Virus record (IMG/VR): IMGVR_UViG_3300037247_000311 | Location: 1 to 61,863 of that record | DNA length: 61,863 nucleotides | DNA from: a virus | Lineage: Duplodnaviria; Caudoviricetes | Direction: 5' to 3' (one strand) | Shown: positions 33,904 through 43,000 of the stretch, in pieces | Numbering within the stretch: position 1 is the first letter of the stretch | How the letters are laid out: each line of letters opens with the position of its first letter | Position numbers and translations under genes: made by a program | The notes under the pieces: model-generated | The model's database searches: none | What the model was told of the DNA's origin: nothing | What the model saw: the letters and a program-made list of their open reading frames with translations, nothing else

Positions 33904-34433
33904 TGATACTTCCCCCGGGCATGTTTCGTACTATAGTGGCCGATCCCCCTTGGGATTACGATAGAATGGGCAAGCGGCACAGAGGGCGCTCTCCTCGCCC
34001 TCAAGCACAAGACTACTACAACGTAATGACCATGGGCGATCTATTGGCCCTGCCTGTTTCAGAGCTAGCTGACCCAACCGGGAGCCACCTGTATTTATGG
34101 ACAACAAATGCCTTTATGGAGGAGGCACATATCTTAGCAAAGGTGTGGGGCTTTAGACCTATTACGATAGTAACTTGGGTTAAGAACAACATAGGTACTG
34201 GATGGTACTTTCGTGGACAAACGGAACATATGGTATTTGCGGTACGTGGGGTTTTGCCGATAGCGCCTGAAAGCCGTTCCTCTACTGTGTTTTACGCGCC
34301 TGCCGTACGGCATTCGGAAAAGCCCGCTCTAGCCTTTACAACAATCGAGAAGGCAAGTCCTAGTCCCAGAATTGAATTGTTTGCACGCAGTCCACGTGAT
34401 GGTTGGACCGTGTGGGGAGAGGAGGCAGTATGA
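33903..34433 (+). CDS. MT-A70 family adenine methyltransferase
   Basis: IVADPPW, LYLWTTN, WGF...WVK, GWYFRGQTE, HSEKP, IELFAR...GWTVWG. Confidence 0.93.
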   Translation: MILPPGMFRTIVADPPWDYDRMGKRHRGRSPRPQAQDYYNVMTMGDLLALPVSELADPTGSHLYLWTTNAFMEEAHILAKVWGFRPITIVTWVKNNIGTGWYFRGQTEHMVFAVRGVLPIAPESRSSTVFYAPAVRHSEKPALAFTTIEKASPSPRIELFARSPRDGWTVWGEEAV

Positions 34434-35215
34434 GTACAAAACCAATGCGCTGGTGTCAGCACGACCACTGTTGTCAATTTGAACCAGGGTCACATAATGC
34501 ACGCTTTTGCCCTGAACACCGCTGTAAGCGTAAGGCAGAGAGTGCAAGGAAGAGGCTGACTGCCCCTGAGCCTACTGATCTAGAGGAACTATGGCGACTA
34601 CAAGAGAACCGGAAGATTGGTAGGCTAGAGCAGGCCCAAGCAAAAAATGAGTGGCTTCTAGCGAAGTCAACCTTTGGGAGTTTCGACATTGAAAGTTCAA
34701 ACCTGGATGCGAGTATTGGACTAATGATCTGTGCCTGTGTTAAGGATCATCATGGGGCTATTCGTACGTTTATTGCAGGACAGGTGGACGGCGCTATTGA
34801 CGATCACCAGGCCGTGGTTGAGACAAGAGATTATCTTGAGTCTCTTGATTATGTTTATACATACTATGGTACGGGATTTGACATCCCCTTTATCAACACT
34901 CGTTTGATTGTGCATAACGAGCGGCCAATAGACCGCCTCCGTCATATTGACCTCTATTATGTTGCACGACACAGGCTAAAGCTCCACAGTAATCGCCTGG
35001 CAGTAGTAGCGGAGACGCTCTTTGGAGAGTCCGACAAGACCCGTGTGATTGGTCCCATCTGGACAAGAGCACTTGCAGGCAACAAGGAGGCGCTTACCTA
35101 TATCGTAGAACATTGTGAGATTGACACGGAGGTCCTAGAGAGAGTCTTTGACAGGTTGCGCGGATTCGTAAACCTAAGTGCTGTCAGATGGCGCAAGTTT
35201 GGAGCGAGCTACTAG
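34430..35215 (+). CDS. DEDD / RNase H-like (YprB-type) 3'-5' exonuclease with N-terminal Cys/His finger
   Basis: FDIES, YYGTGFDIPF, HIDLY, HCEIDT. Confidence 0.85.
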   Translation: MSTKPMRWCQHDHCCQFEPGSHNARFCPEHRCKRKAESARKRLTAPEPTDLEELWRLQENRKIGRLEQAQAKNEWLLAKSTFGSFDIESSNLDASIGLMICACVKDHHGAIRTFIAGQVDGAIDDHQAVVETRDYLESLDYVYTYYGTGFDIPFINTRLIVHNERPIDRLRHIDLYYVARHRLKLHSNRLAVVAETLFGESDKTRVIGPIWTRALAGNKEALTYIVEHCEIDTEVLERVFDRLRGFVNLSAVRWRKFGASY

Positions 35216-35218
35216 GGC

Positions 35219-35247
35219 TTGACAAACCTACAAATATTTGGTATACT
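35219..35247 (+). promoter_or_regulatory. sigma70-type promoter for the lysis cluster
   Basis: TTGACA-N17-TATACT with extended -10 TG. Confidence 0.85.
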
Positions 35248-35421
35248 AAAGTTTAGGAGGAACACCAGTGCAGTGGGAACGTAACTCCTTTGAGTTTCAG
35301 TCTTGTAGCAAAGAAGACTACCACGAGCCTCACTTTACACCAAAGCCTATACAGCATGCTGGGTCAATCATTCAAGCATGGTACGTCTGTCTAGGCACAA
35401 AAAATACTCTAGGGGGTATGA

Positions 35422-36093
35422 ATGCAGCTAAGTGACAACGGGCTACGGCTCATAGCGAGCTTCGAGGGATTTGTTGATCATCTCTATGATGATCCTGCTG
35501 GGCACTGCACGATTGGGTATGGGCACCTGGTTCATACAGGGCGGTGTGATGGGCGTACTTCTGAATCGTTGTACGCAGGAACGGTTAGCCAAGGCTACGG
35601 CTTGATGGTGCTCCGTGCTGATGTGCTGCGCTTTGAGGACTGCGTTAATCGTCTCGTCATACGAACCCTCAACCAGAACCGCTTTGATGCCCTTGTTAGT
35701 TTCGCCTTTAATATCGGATGTAGTGCCTTTGAGGCATCTACGCTTCTACGTAAACTGAACAATGGCGAGTACCATAGGGTGTGTGACGAGTTAATGCTTT
35801 GGGTTCACGGCGGGGGGAATGTCCTCCCCGGATTGGTTCGGCGCCGTGAAGCTGAGTGTGAGTTATTTAATCGTCCACATAATCCACCCGTTATAATACC
35901 AATAATAGAAGAGGAGAATGACATGGCTGTCTTACTGTTTAATAAGGACAATCCACATGGAACCTATTGGCTGTCCAACTTAGTACACAAGCGGAAGGTA
36001 CTAGACGTACAGGAGCTGAACGAACTACGGTATATAGGAACACGTAGTTGGGGCATCAGCGCAAGGCGTCTGAACGCTATACGAGACGCATAG
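35422..36093 (+). CDS. endolysin, GH24 lysozyme
   Basis: IASFEG-x6-YDDPAGHCTIGYGH (E-x8-D-x5-T), FDALVSFAFNIG, GLVRRREAE. Confidence 0.95.
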   Translation: MQLSDNGLRLIASFEGFVDHLYDDPAGHCTIGYGHLVHTGRCDGRTSESLYAGTVSQGYGLMVLRADVLRFEDCVNRLVIRTLNQNRFDALVSFAFNIGCSAFEASTLLRKLNNGEYHRVCDELMLWVHGGGNVLPGLVRRREAECELFNRPHNPPVIIPIIEEENDMAVLLFNKDNPHGTYWLSNLVHKRKVLDVQELNELRYIGTRSWGISARRLNAIRDA

Positions 36094-36107
36094 GAGATAA
36101 GAAAAAC

Positions 36108-36293
36108 ATGAAACGTATACTAAGCCGTAAGCTAATTGGAGCTGTCGCAGGCATGGCCGCTATTGTAGGTGTTGTGCTTGGATCAGCCGTTGTTGGTAGT
36201 GTACCAGGTGACGTACAGCTCTACGCTATTGCACTCATTGCGGGCCTAGGTGGGTTCCAGATTATGAGGCAAGCACAGATTGATGAACAGTAA
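36108..36293 (+). CDS. putative holin
   Basis: AGGAG SD; SRK followed by two hydrophobic helices; directly after the endolysin. Confidence 0.7.
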   Translation: MKRILSRKLIGAVAGMAAIVGVVLGSAVVGSVPGDVQLYAIALIAGLGGFQIMRQAQIDEQ

Positions 36294-36388
36294 ATGGTAG
36301 ATTGGGGCCTAGTCATTGGACATGCGCTCGCGGGAACCCTTGGTGCAACGATTGCTATTACCTTGTATGAATTTGTAAGGGGGCAGAT

Positions 36389-36817
36389 GTGAACGATTGG
36401 ACGCATTGTCCTCATTGTGGGGTGCCTGATGGCAAGTCTGCATGTGCGGCGTGTGACTGTCTAGTAGAGCAAGGTATGCGTGAAGGGGCGCCGGTTGGCC
36501 GTAAGGACGACTCCTCCAAACTTCGCTACGATCTTATCCCGCCCTATGCTCTTGAAGCTCTTGCACATGTCTACACGATTGGCGCAGCAAGGTACGGCGA
36601 CGGTAATTATCTCAAAGGTATGGATTGGAGTCGTGTAGGGGGTGCTCTCATGCGGCACTATGAAGCGTGGCGCAAAGGGGAGAGTCTTGATAAGGACGAT
36701 GGGCAACATCATCTTGCATCCGTTGCGTGGTGCGCGTTTACTCTAATGGTCTACGAGGATCAGTGTATTGGTAGTGATGATCGCGGCCTAGTTATTGAGG
36801 GGGCTACGGATGGATAA
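36389..36817 (+). CDS. dATP/dGTP diphosphohydrolase-domain protein (DUF5664-like)
   Basis: GRKDDSSKLRYDLIP...GAARYG..NY.KG...ALMRH...GE..D...G.HHLA. Confidence 0.85.
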   Translation: MNDWTHCPHCGVPDGKSACAACDCLVEQGMREGAPVGRKDDSSKLRYDLIPPYALEALAHVYTIGAARYGDGNYLKGMDWSRVGGALMRHYEAWRKGESLDKDDGQHHLASVAWCAFTLMVYEDQCIGSDDRGLVIEGATDG

Positions 36818-37226
36818 AACATACACGTATATCGCTGGTCCCTACCGTGCATCCAATGGTGGACACGACTATCAGTCATACTACGATATTGACCAGCACA
36901 TCAACGAGGCCCGTATGTGGGCAACGAGGTTAGCAAACGAGGGCATCCCGTTCTTCTGTCCACATCTTAACTCAACCCACATGGAGGTTATTGCCCCAAA
37001 TGTTCCACCGGAGTATTGGTATAAGCTCGACATGCTAATCCTTGAACATGCGTCGGCGCTCCTGCTGATACCTGGGTGGAGAGACTCTAAAGGGGCACTA
37101 GCGGAGAGGGATCGTGCTAGAGAGTTAGGCATTACCTGTTACACGACTAGTATATTTGCTATGCTTGTTCAGGACTGGGGAAGTGAGTACGTTGTGAAGG
37201 AGCTGGCAGGTGTCTCCCTACATTGA
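36810..37226 (+). CDS. DUF4406/DUF1937-like NDT-superfamily protein
   Basis: YIAGPY...PH...D...PGWRDSKGA..E...A.ELG. Confidence 0.8.
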   Translation: MDKTYTYIAGPYRASNGGHDYQSYYDIDQHINEARMWATRLANEGIPFFCPHLNSTHMEVIAPNVPPEYWYKLDMLILEHASALLLIPGWRDSKGALAERDRARELGITCYTTSIFAMLVQDWGSEYVVKELAGVSLH

Positions 37227-37491
37227 CCAGAACGCCCGTGACCTTCTTGCGGCTGGCCGTCAGCCAGAGACTCTTGGTGAGCTGAACTATGCCATTACGC
37301 GGCTATGTCTAGGCTGGTTGGCTGACTATGGGGATAACTACGGTGCATATGCCGCTATAGTTGGTGTCCTCGAAACCGCTAAGCTGGAACTATACAGGCG
37401 TGTAGTTGTGCCCTATGAACAGGACAAATGTGAGATCAATGGCGACGTTTATCCGGTCCCAGAGTTTGATGAAGGAGATATAGATGAGTAA
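37210..37491 (+). CDS. conserved phage protein (DUF6899-like)
   Basis: PYI...GELNYAITRL...GVLETAKLELYRR...PYE..K...NGDVY. Confidence 0.7.
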   Translation: MSPYIDQNARDLLAAGRQPETLGELNYAITRLCLGWLADYGDNYGAYAAIVGVLETAKLELYRRVVVPYEQDKCEINGDVYPVPEFDEGDIDE

Positions 37492-37945
37492 GAAAGACCG
37501 CCAAGCTATCCTGGAGGGTCTTGCGTCCCGTATTGATCCAACTGAACACGCACAACACCTAGAGGAACAACTAAAGAGCCTCAAGAACCAGGCATCCCGT
37601 GTGATGGTCGCCGTCCAGCAAATCGAGGAAGACCCCCACGCACAGGAGACTGAGAAATCCCAAGTGGAGGATGGCTACCGTCAGTTGGAGTCGCTTCTGT
37701 GGCGCATTAAGGACATTGAGGAGCGCCTAGAAGGCATGACGCAAGCACATGTGACATCTATCGCAGGCTTGAATCGTGCTCAGCGAAGGAACGCGGAACG
37801 GCAGGCTGCTAAGCAGAGTAAGAAAACTAAGGTAACAAAGACCACAGAAACACGAGCCCTAGCCGAGCGTGATGTACCGGATGACCTCAGCGACGATGAT
37901 GAGGACGCTCGTAATGGCGGCGACGATCCCCCCGCTACGGGCTAG
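37484..37945 (+). CDS. coiled-coil hypothetical protein
   Basis: AAGGAG SD; NRAQRR motif; last plus-strand gene. Confidence 0.7.
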   Translation: MSKKDRQAILEGLASRIDPTEHAQHLEEQLKSLKNQASRVMVAVQQIEEDPHAQETEKSQVEDGYRQLESLLWRIKDIEERLEGMTQAHVTSIAGLNRAQRRNAERQAAKQSKKTKVTKTTETRALAERDVPDDLSDDDEDARNGGDDPPATG

Positions 37946-38116
37946 GGCTAAGCGACTGGGGGAACCATGATGATTATTTTCGTGGACAGTAAGAGAGTCC
38001 ACGATAGACGCTAACAATCGCGTATCTGCGGTGTGTTCATCCTTGTGTTGTACTATCCAGCGCTTGATCTCAGCCAGATCATCTTCAATAAGGCTTAGGA
38101 CATCTTCTATTGCCAT
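37859..38116 (-). CDS. coiled-coil protein with C-terminal TM helix (holin/hemolysin-like)
   Basis: Last gene of the tail operon; C-terminal hydrophobic helix. Confidence 0.6.
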   Translation of the reverse strand: MAIEDVLSLIEDDLAEIKRWIVQHKDEHTADTRLLASIVDSLTVHENNHHGSPSRLALARSGGIVAAITSVLIIVAEVIRYITLG

Positions 38117-38117
38117 C

Positions 38118-38315
38118 TTAAATCCTCAGTATACTCTCCGCTCGGCGCCATACATGATCTGCCTCTAGCACAGCAAAGGCCGCAAGTACGGCAGATGCTA
38201 CCCATTGTAGGTGCCGTTTATATTGTAAGGCTTGGCGAGCATGTTCAGCGCTCATTGCTAGAGTCACCGCAGCAGCAAGAGCGCTAAATGCTCCTCGGAT
38301 CATCTCTGTTCGCAT
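38118..38315 (-). CDS. small membrane-associated protein
   Basis: Two Ala-rich hydrophobic segments; coupled. Confidence 0.55.
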   Translation of the reverse strand: MRTEMIRGAFSALAAAVTLAMSAEHARQALQYKRHLQWVASAVLAAFAVLEADHVWRRAESILRI

Positions 38316-39550
38316 TAGTAAATCCCAGCACTGGCGCTACCCAAAGCACCACTATGGGCTACAGGACGAGCGACGACTGGCGGGTCGTGGCTTAGGCCGA
38401 CTAGGGTGAAGACGATGGCGGCGCACTCGGTGTTTGCCTCGTTGCCACCATTCCCGTTTAGCATTCCAATCTTGAGCCCGTCCGCCTCACTCTGGCTCCA
38501 CGCGCCGCCCGCCGGTGCGTTGGGGAAATAGATATGACGGCTGAAGAAGGTCGTCGATCCGAGGTTGGCAAGGCCCCTGCTCTCTGCACTCGTTCCATCA
38601 TAGATACGGGCAAGCGACGCTACCGTCTTCCCCCCGACGTTCGCCGCGCACACCCCCCGCCAGTATCCACCTCCGATGGTGTGGCCGCTAGTGAACGTCT
38701 TTGTCACGGTATCAACCGTCTGGGAGTCTTCATGTCCCGCCTGATCGCACCAGAAGGTGGACGTAATTACCTTGTCGGAGCCATCCAGCGCTACGTCGCC
38801 TATCTCTGCCGTTGTGCTCCCGGCGGTACAATCTCCGTCGTCGCCCCAGCCCGCCTCAGACTCGCTGCCGCCAGTATCCACCTCGAAGTCATGCACCTCC
38901 GCATCGTCAGAGCCGGGGCGGTCGGTTCCACTAAGGGACATGCTGAGGGAGCCTCCGGCCCAGTAGTGTTCGACGCTGGAGGATGCGGTGGGACGCACTA
39001 GCGTAATCCCCCTGTCATCTATACGATAGACCCAAGCTCCTTGTATCTCCAGCGTTCCGTCTACCCAGAGCTTCCAGGTTGTGCCATTGGTCTCGATGCG
39101 TATATGGTATTTTGTCTCAGTGGTCAGCTCGCTTGTGTTCCCAATGGCCGTACCCCCGCCTGCGCTATCAGTCCTTAGTTGGATCGTATATCTGTCGGTG
39201 CCTGACCCACGAATGATCCGTAGCGCTAGACCAACACCACCAGCCTCATCGGTGAGAAGCTGGAGATAGTCTGCTGCATAGCCAATGGGGATCGTCCCCT
39301 CGATCACGAGGTCTCGCTGCACGTACCAGACATAGGTATCCGGCGAGAAGCTATTAGTACGGCAGAAGATTGTGTTCGCGCCCGCCGTATCGTCTGTCTT
39401 GAACCAGCGTCTCGCATCCGAAGGGCTAAGGCTACTTGTCGTCGTCGTGGGGGCCGATTTACCCGCTGTTGACGCAGAGTCCGTGTTGTTCGCCCAGATG
39501 CGAGGGTCGTCAGCGCCGGGCTCAAAACCACAGAGGACGTTTAGCGTCAT
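38315..39550 (-). CDS. tail / receptor-binding protein (lectin-like beta-sandwich)
   Basis: Beta-rich Gly/Thr/Ser composition; YHIRIETNGTTWKLWVDG is LamG/concanavalin-like; follows the tail fibre. Confidence 0.6.
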   Translation of the reverse strand: MTLNVLCGFEPGADDPRIWANNTDSASTAGKSAPTTTTSSLSPSDARRWFKTDDTAGANTIFCRTNSFSPDTYVWYVQRDLVIEGTIPIGYAADYLQLLTDEAGGVGLALRIIRGSGTDRYTIQLRTDSAGGGTAIGNTSELTTETKYHIRIETNGTTWKLWVDGTLEIQGAWVYRIDDRGITLVRPTASSSVEHYWAGGSLSMSLSGTDRPGSDDAEVHDFEVDTGGSESEAGWGDDGDCTAGSTTAEIGDVALDGSDKVITSTFWCDQAGHEDSQTVDTVTKTFTSGHTIGGGYWRGVCAANVGGKTVASLARIYDGTSAESRGLANLGSTTFFSRHIYFPNAPAGGAWSQSEADGLKIGMLNGNGGNEANTECAAIVFTLVGLSHDPPVVARPVAHSGALGSASAGIY

Positions 39551-40044
39551 CTGGGCCTCTCCGGTATCGCTGCGATCACGGCATCAATAGTGGAGCGGGC
39601 CTCCTGCATCGAGGGGTTGCGTGGACTGACGACGGACGTGACGCCGCCGAGCCAACTAGCATGTTCATCTGCCTGGCGCTTGGAGTCTGCCGAGCGCTCG
39701 GCCTTGGTATCACCAGCCCCCGGAAAGTTACCATAGACAGGCCACGGGCCAGCTACAGGGATTGCTTCTTTCACCGCACGGGCCGTTACACCAAGTATGG
39801 GGAGGTGTCGCCCTGGCCGGAACGCGCCCACCCAAACCCACCAGGGGATCGGTACGTCCTGTTCGGCGCGTCGTGGTGCCATTCGGCAGAGCACCGGCAC
39901 CATCGGATCGATGTAGACGAACTCCATCGGGTCGTCGAGAATGGCCTGGATAGTCTCCTCCTCCTCGTTGGGCGGGTTGGGTGTATCCGCCAACAGGCGA
40001 AGGATGAGCGCAATGTCGGCCTCGGTTGCTTTATGAATTGTCAT
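39547..40044 (-). CDS. hypothetical protein (possibly degenerate GNAT-like N-terminus)
   Basis: MTIHKATEADIALILRL resembles the GNAT first strand and helix, but no acetyl-CoA motif A. Confidence 0.45.
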   Translation of the reverse strand: MTIHKATEADIALILRLLADTPNPPNEEEETIQAILDDPMEFVYIDPMVPVLCRMAPRRAEQDVPIPWWVWVGAFRPGRHLPILGVTARAVKEAIPVAGPWPVYGNFPGAGDTKAERSADSKRQADEHASWLGGVTSVVSPRNPSMQEARSTIDAVIAAIPERPR

Positions 40045-43000
40045 TAGTCGGAAATCGCATTCGTTGTGTAAAGTAGTTTAACTGCTAGAAGTCTTGCATC
40101 CTCAGCCATATCATCGTTGGCATCCGACACGTCACGGAACACGCGAACGAAAAGCATCTCAGGGGCGCTTGCTGTGCCACTAGGGGTAATATCCCCCGAT
40201 GCGGCTGTAACTAGGACATCACCAGCAACACCCTGGACATCATCTGTAACTACAACTGGTGTACTCCATGTGCGATCAATTACGTCGCTATCATCCAGTG
40301 AGATCATTTGGATAGCCCATGCTACGCCATCCGTATCGCTTGCGGTCGTCGTCCAATAGAAGATGGCCGTCATTACGCCACCATCATAGTTTGCGGGCAT
40401 TGGTATCGGCCCCCAAAAGGCGTACTCATCTGCGGATGCGTCGAAGTCCAACACCCAGTAGTCCACGTCGTTTGCTCCTGCTTCTACAACGGTTGCATCC
40501 GCACATGGAGTGGTGGTCGATGGCTGTCCCCCAGCGGCTGTCAACAGGATGGTACGCTTAGGTACTGTGGACACCACATCCGTGCCGTCGCCTCCCACAA
40601 GAGCGCCTGCGGTTTCTGCTGCTAGGCCCTCCCAAGCAGGAGTAGAGTTTACACGGAGAAACATTCCACGGGCTTCTGTGATAGCTGCTACGTCAGTATG
40701 GTCACTGATGGAGGCCGAACTGCCATGTCCGCCTCCTCCACCTGCGCCTGCTACCATTACGTTCCAGACTGTAGCAGTAGCATCATAGATTGCAATAGCC
40801 ATATCGTGATCTTCGTCTAGTGTAACATTAGCCTCACCATTGATCATGAGTGGCTTGCCAGCCGTAACCGTACCATTGTGGATAAGCGTAATGTCCTTAC
40901 CAGCAACGGGAGTAAGAAAGACTATCTGGCCTTCTGTGCCTTCGCCTATGCCGTCAAGGTTATCCGAAGCTCCTGCACTTGTCACGTAGAGCCAAGCAGT
41001 AGTTGGCACCGTAATCTCATCATTTGCATCAATAGTTAGGGTACTCTTCGTGGATATGAGTTCCTCTAGCGTAGTTGTGCCTGTAACAGTAAGCGTGCCA
41101 TCAATTATCATGCTATCGGGTGTTCGTAGAACGTTCTCGGCACTACGATAGATTTGTGCGTCTCCGCCCCATAGCGTACCGCCCCCACTACCAGTCGTAG
41201 GTAGTTTCAACTGCCCTGATGTCTCTACCAGCTCAAACTTCGAGCTAGATCCAAGGAAGACACTCCCCCTCGTTGCATTAGCCGTAGACTGCAACGTAAG
41301 GTCCTCTCCTGAGGCTGTGCCGCCTATAAGGGTCTGACCAGTACTTCGGCCTGCTAGAAGAGCATAAATGCTGTGGTCGTCATCTGAGAGGCCCCCCACT
41401 GCGCCATGATCTGCGGAGTGTACGTGATCCCGATGAGAGAACACCAAGGATGTTCCGGGTGCAAGTGATCCAATAACTGCTGGGTTCGTCCCATCAAGTG
41501 CGGTCTTCCAGGAAGGCCGAGCCTCTCCATTGTCTATCCCTAACACGTTCCGAACGTTGGCTGCTGGGACGGAGATAACCAACTCTGACCAAGCAGGTGT
41601 TACGTTACCAATGACGATTGACCCGTCAGTGACCCCCGCTGCCAAAGTGTCGCTGTGGGGGGTACTGAGTAGGGCATGGGCTTCATTATGATGGTCATCG
41701 GCGGACACATCGCTAATAGAGTCGTGGGAGATATAAGACTGGTCCGTCCATGCAGGCTTCCCAGCCGACACGCCTATAATCTGGTTGGCACCCCCCACAG
41801 CTAAGCGCCCGGCTACACCATTGGAAGAGGCGATGAAGATGTCTCCTGTCGTTGTCAAAATAGAGTGAAGGGCGTACTGCGTATGGTCGTCACCTCCAAG
41901 GCCCGCAAGGTTGCCATGGTCGGTGACGCCAAGAACGGCGAAGGGGGTGTCGAATGCACTTAGTATTTCAGAGGCGGTTCCCGCCAACTTCTGAAATATG
42001 AAGCGAGCCGCTAGAACACCATGTACTTGTAGCCTGTTGGGTAGGGTACTGGGAGATGCTTCTTCCCCCGCCTTGGCGGCGCTTGTGTACTGGGCTGTCC
42101 CGTAGACCATGACCAATTCACCATCTAGTTCCAAGTACCACCAAAGGTTGGCCCACTTACTGCTGCCCATGTTTGTAAGCGTGCCTGAACTGTCGTATTG
42201 CTCGTTTGGCCAGGCTGCCACACCTGTAGCCTCCTGCCCCCCTGCGGAGTACGTGTCAAAGGTAGCGGCTGCACCGCCAGGGTCGGTATCAATAGCACTT
42301 ATTGTGAATGAGGTGAGCCCATGCCATAGAGCCCCAATGGATACAACTACATTGCGCGTCCCTGATTCCGAGAAGATGAGCCCACCTACAACCTTGTCCC
42401 TAGCAATTGGGGATGTCCCACGAGAGCGCTGAATCATGGCACTTGCATGGTCGCCAATCTTCCACGGCGCGTTCTGAATGTGCAGGGTACCGCTCTCATT
42501 AACAACCGTACCCAAGATGAACGCGGTCAGGTCATTGAAGTTGTCGGTTTCACGAATCACAACTTGCGGGGAGCCATCATTGTACTCAACTCCAACATAA
42601 CGAATGTTGTTCGCAGTGATTGCCTGGCCACTAACCGATGACCAGTCAAAGAAGAGAAGTTGAGCGACTGTACTGGGGGAAGACCGCATAGCGCCAGTAC
42701 CCGCCGAAACATTTATAGTGGCTGACCCTGCGTCAGTAATAACTCCCCCACTGAACCACCCGGTTGAGTGGAAGAGGTTGTTCACGTGTTCCAGGTGTGT
42801 ATACGTTGGAGAGCCTATACGAGGGAGTTGCACGTCGTTAGCATCTAGGTAGGCGCTGTTGAGTAGGTCGAGCTTGGTACCGTTAAGTCTCATATATTCC
42901 GTCGAGCCGATACCCCAACTATAGTAGTTCGAGCTACGGTTGTATGTGAGAGAGTCATTGGTATCGAACGTAATAGTTGGATTACTGGCTGCAAGGGCGA

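Noticed and set aside
36795-36815. Identical MRGLRMD starts in track ORFs 29177 and 36795
   Set aside because: The nucleotide sequences differ and both are upstream extensions through SD regions before the true ATG; coincidental.
36389-36817. 2-aminoadenine (Z) or 7-deazaguanine genome modification pathway
   Set aside because: No PurZ, QueC/D/E, FolE or DpdA-like gene is recognisable.
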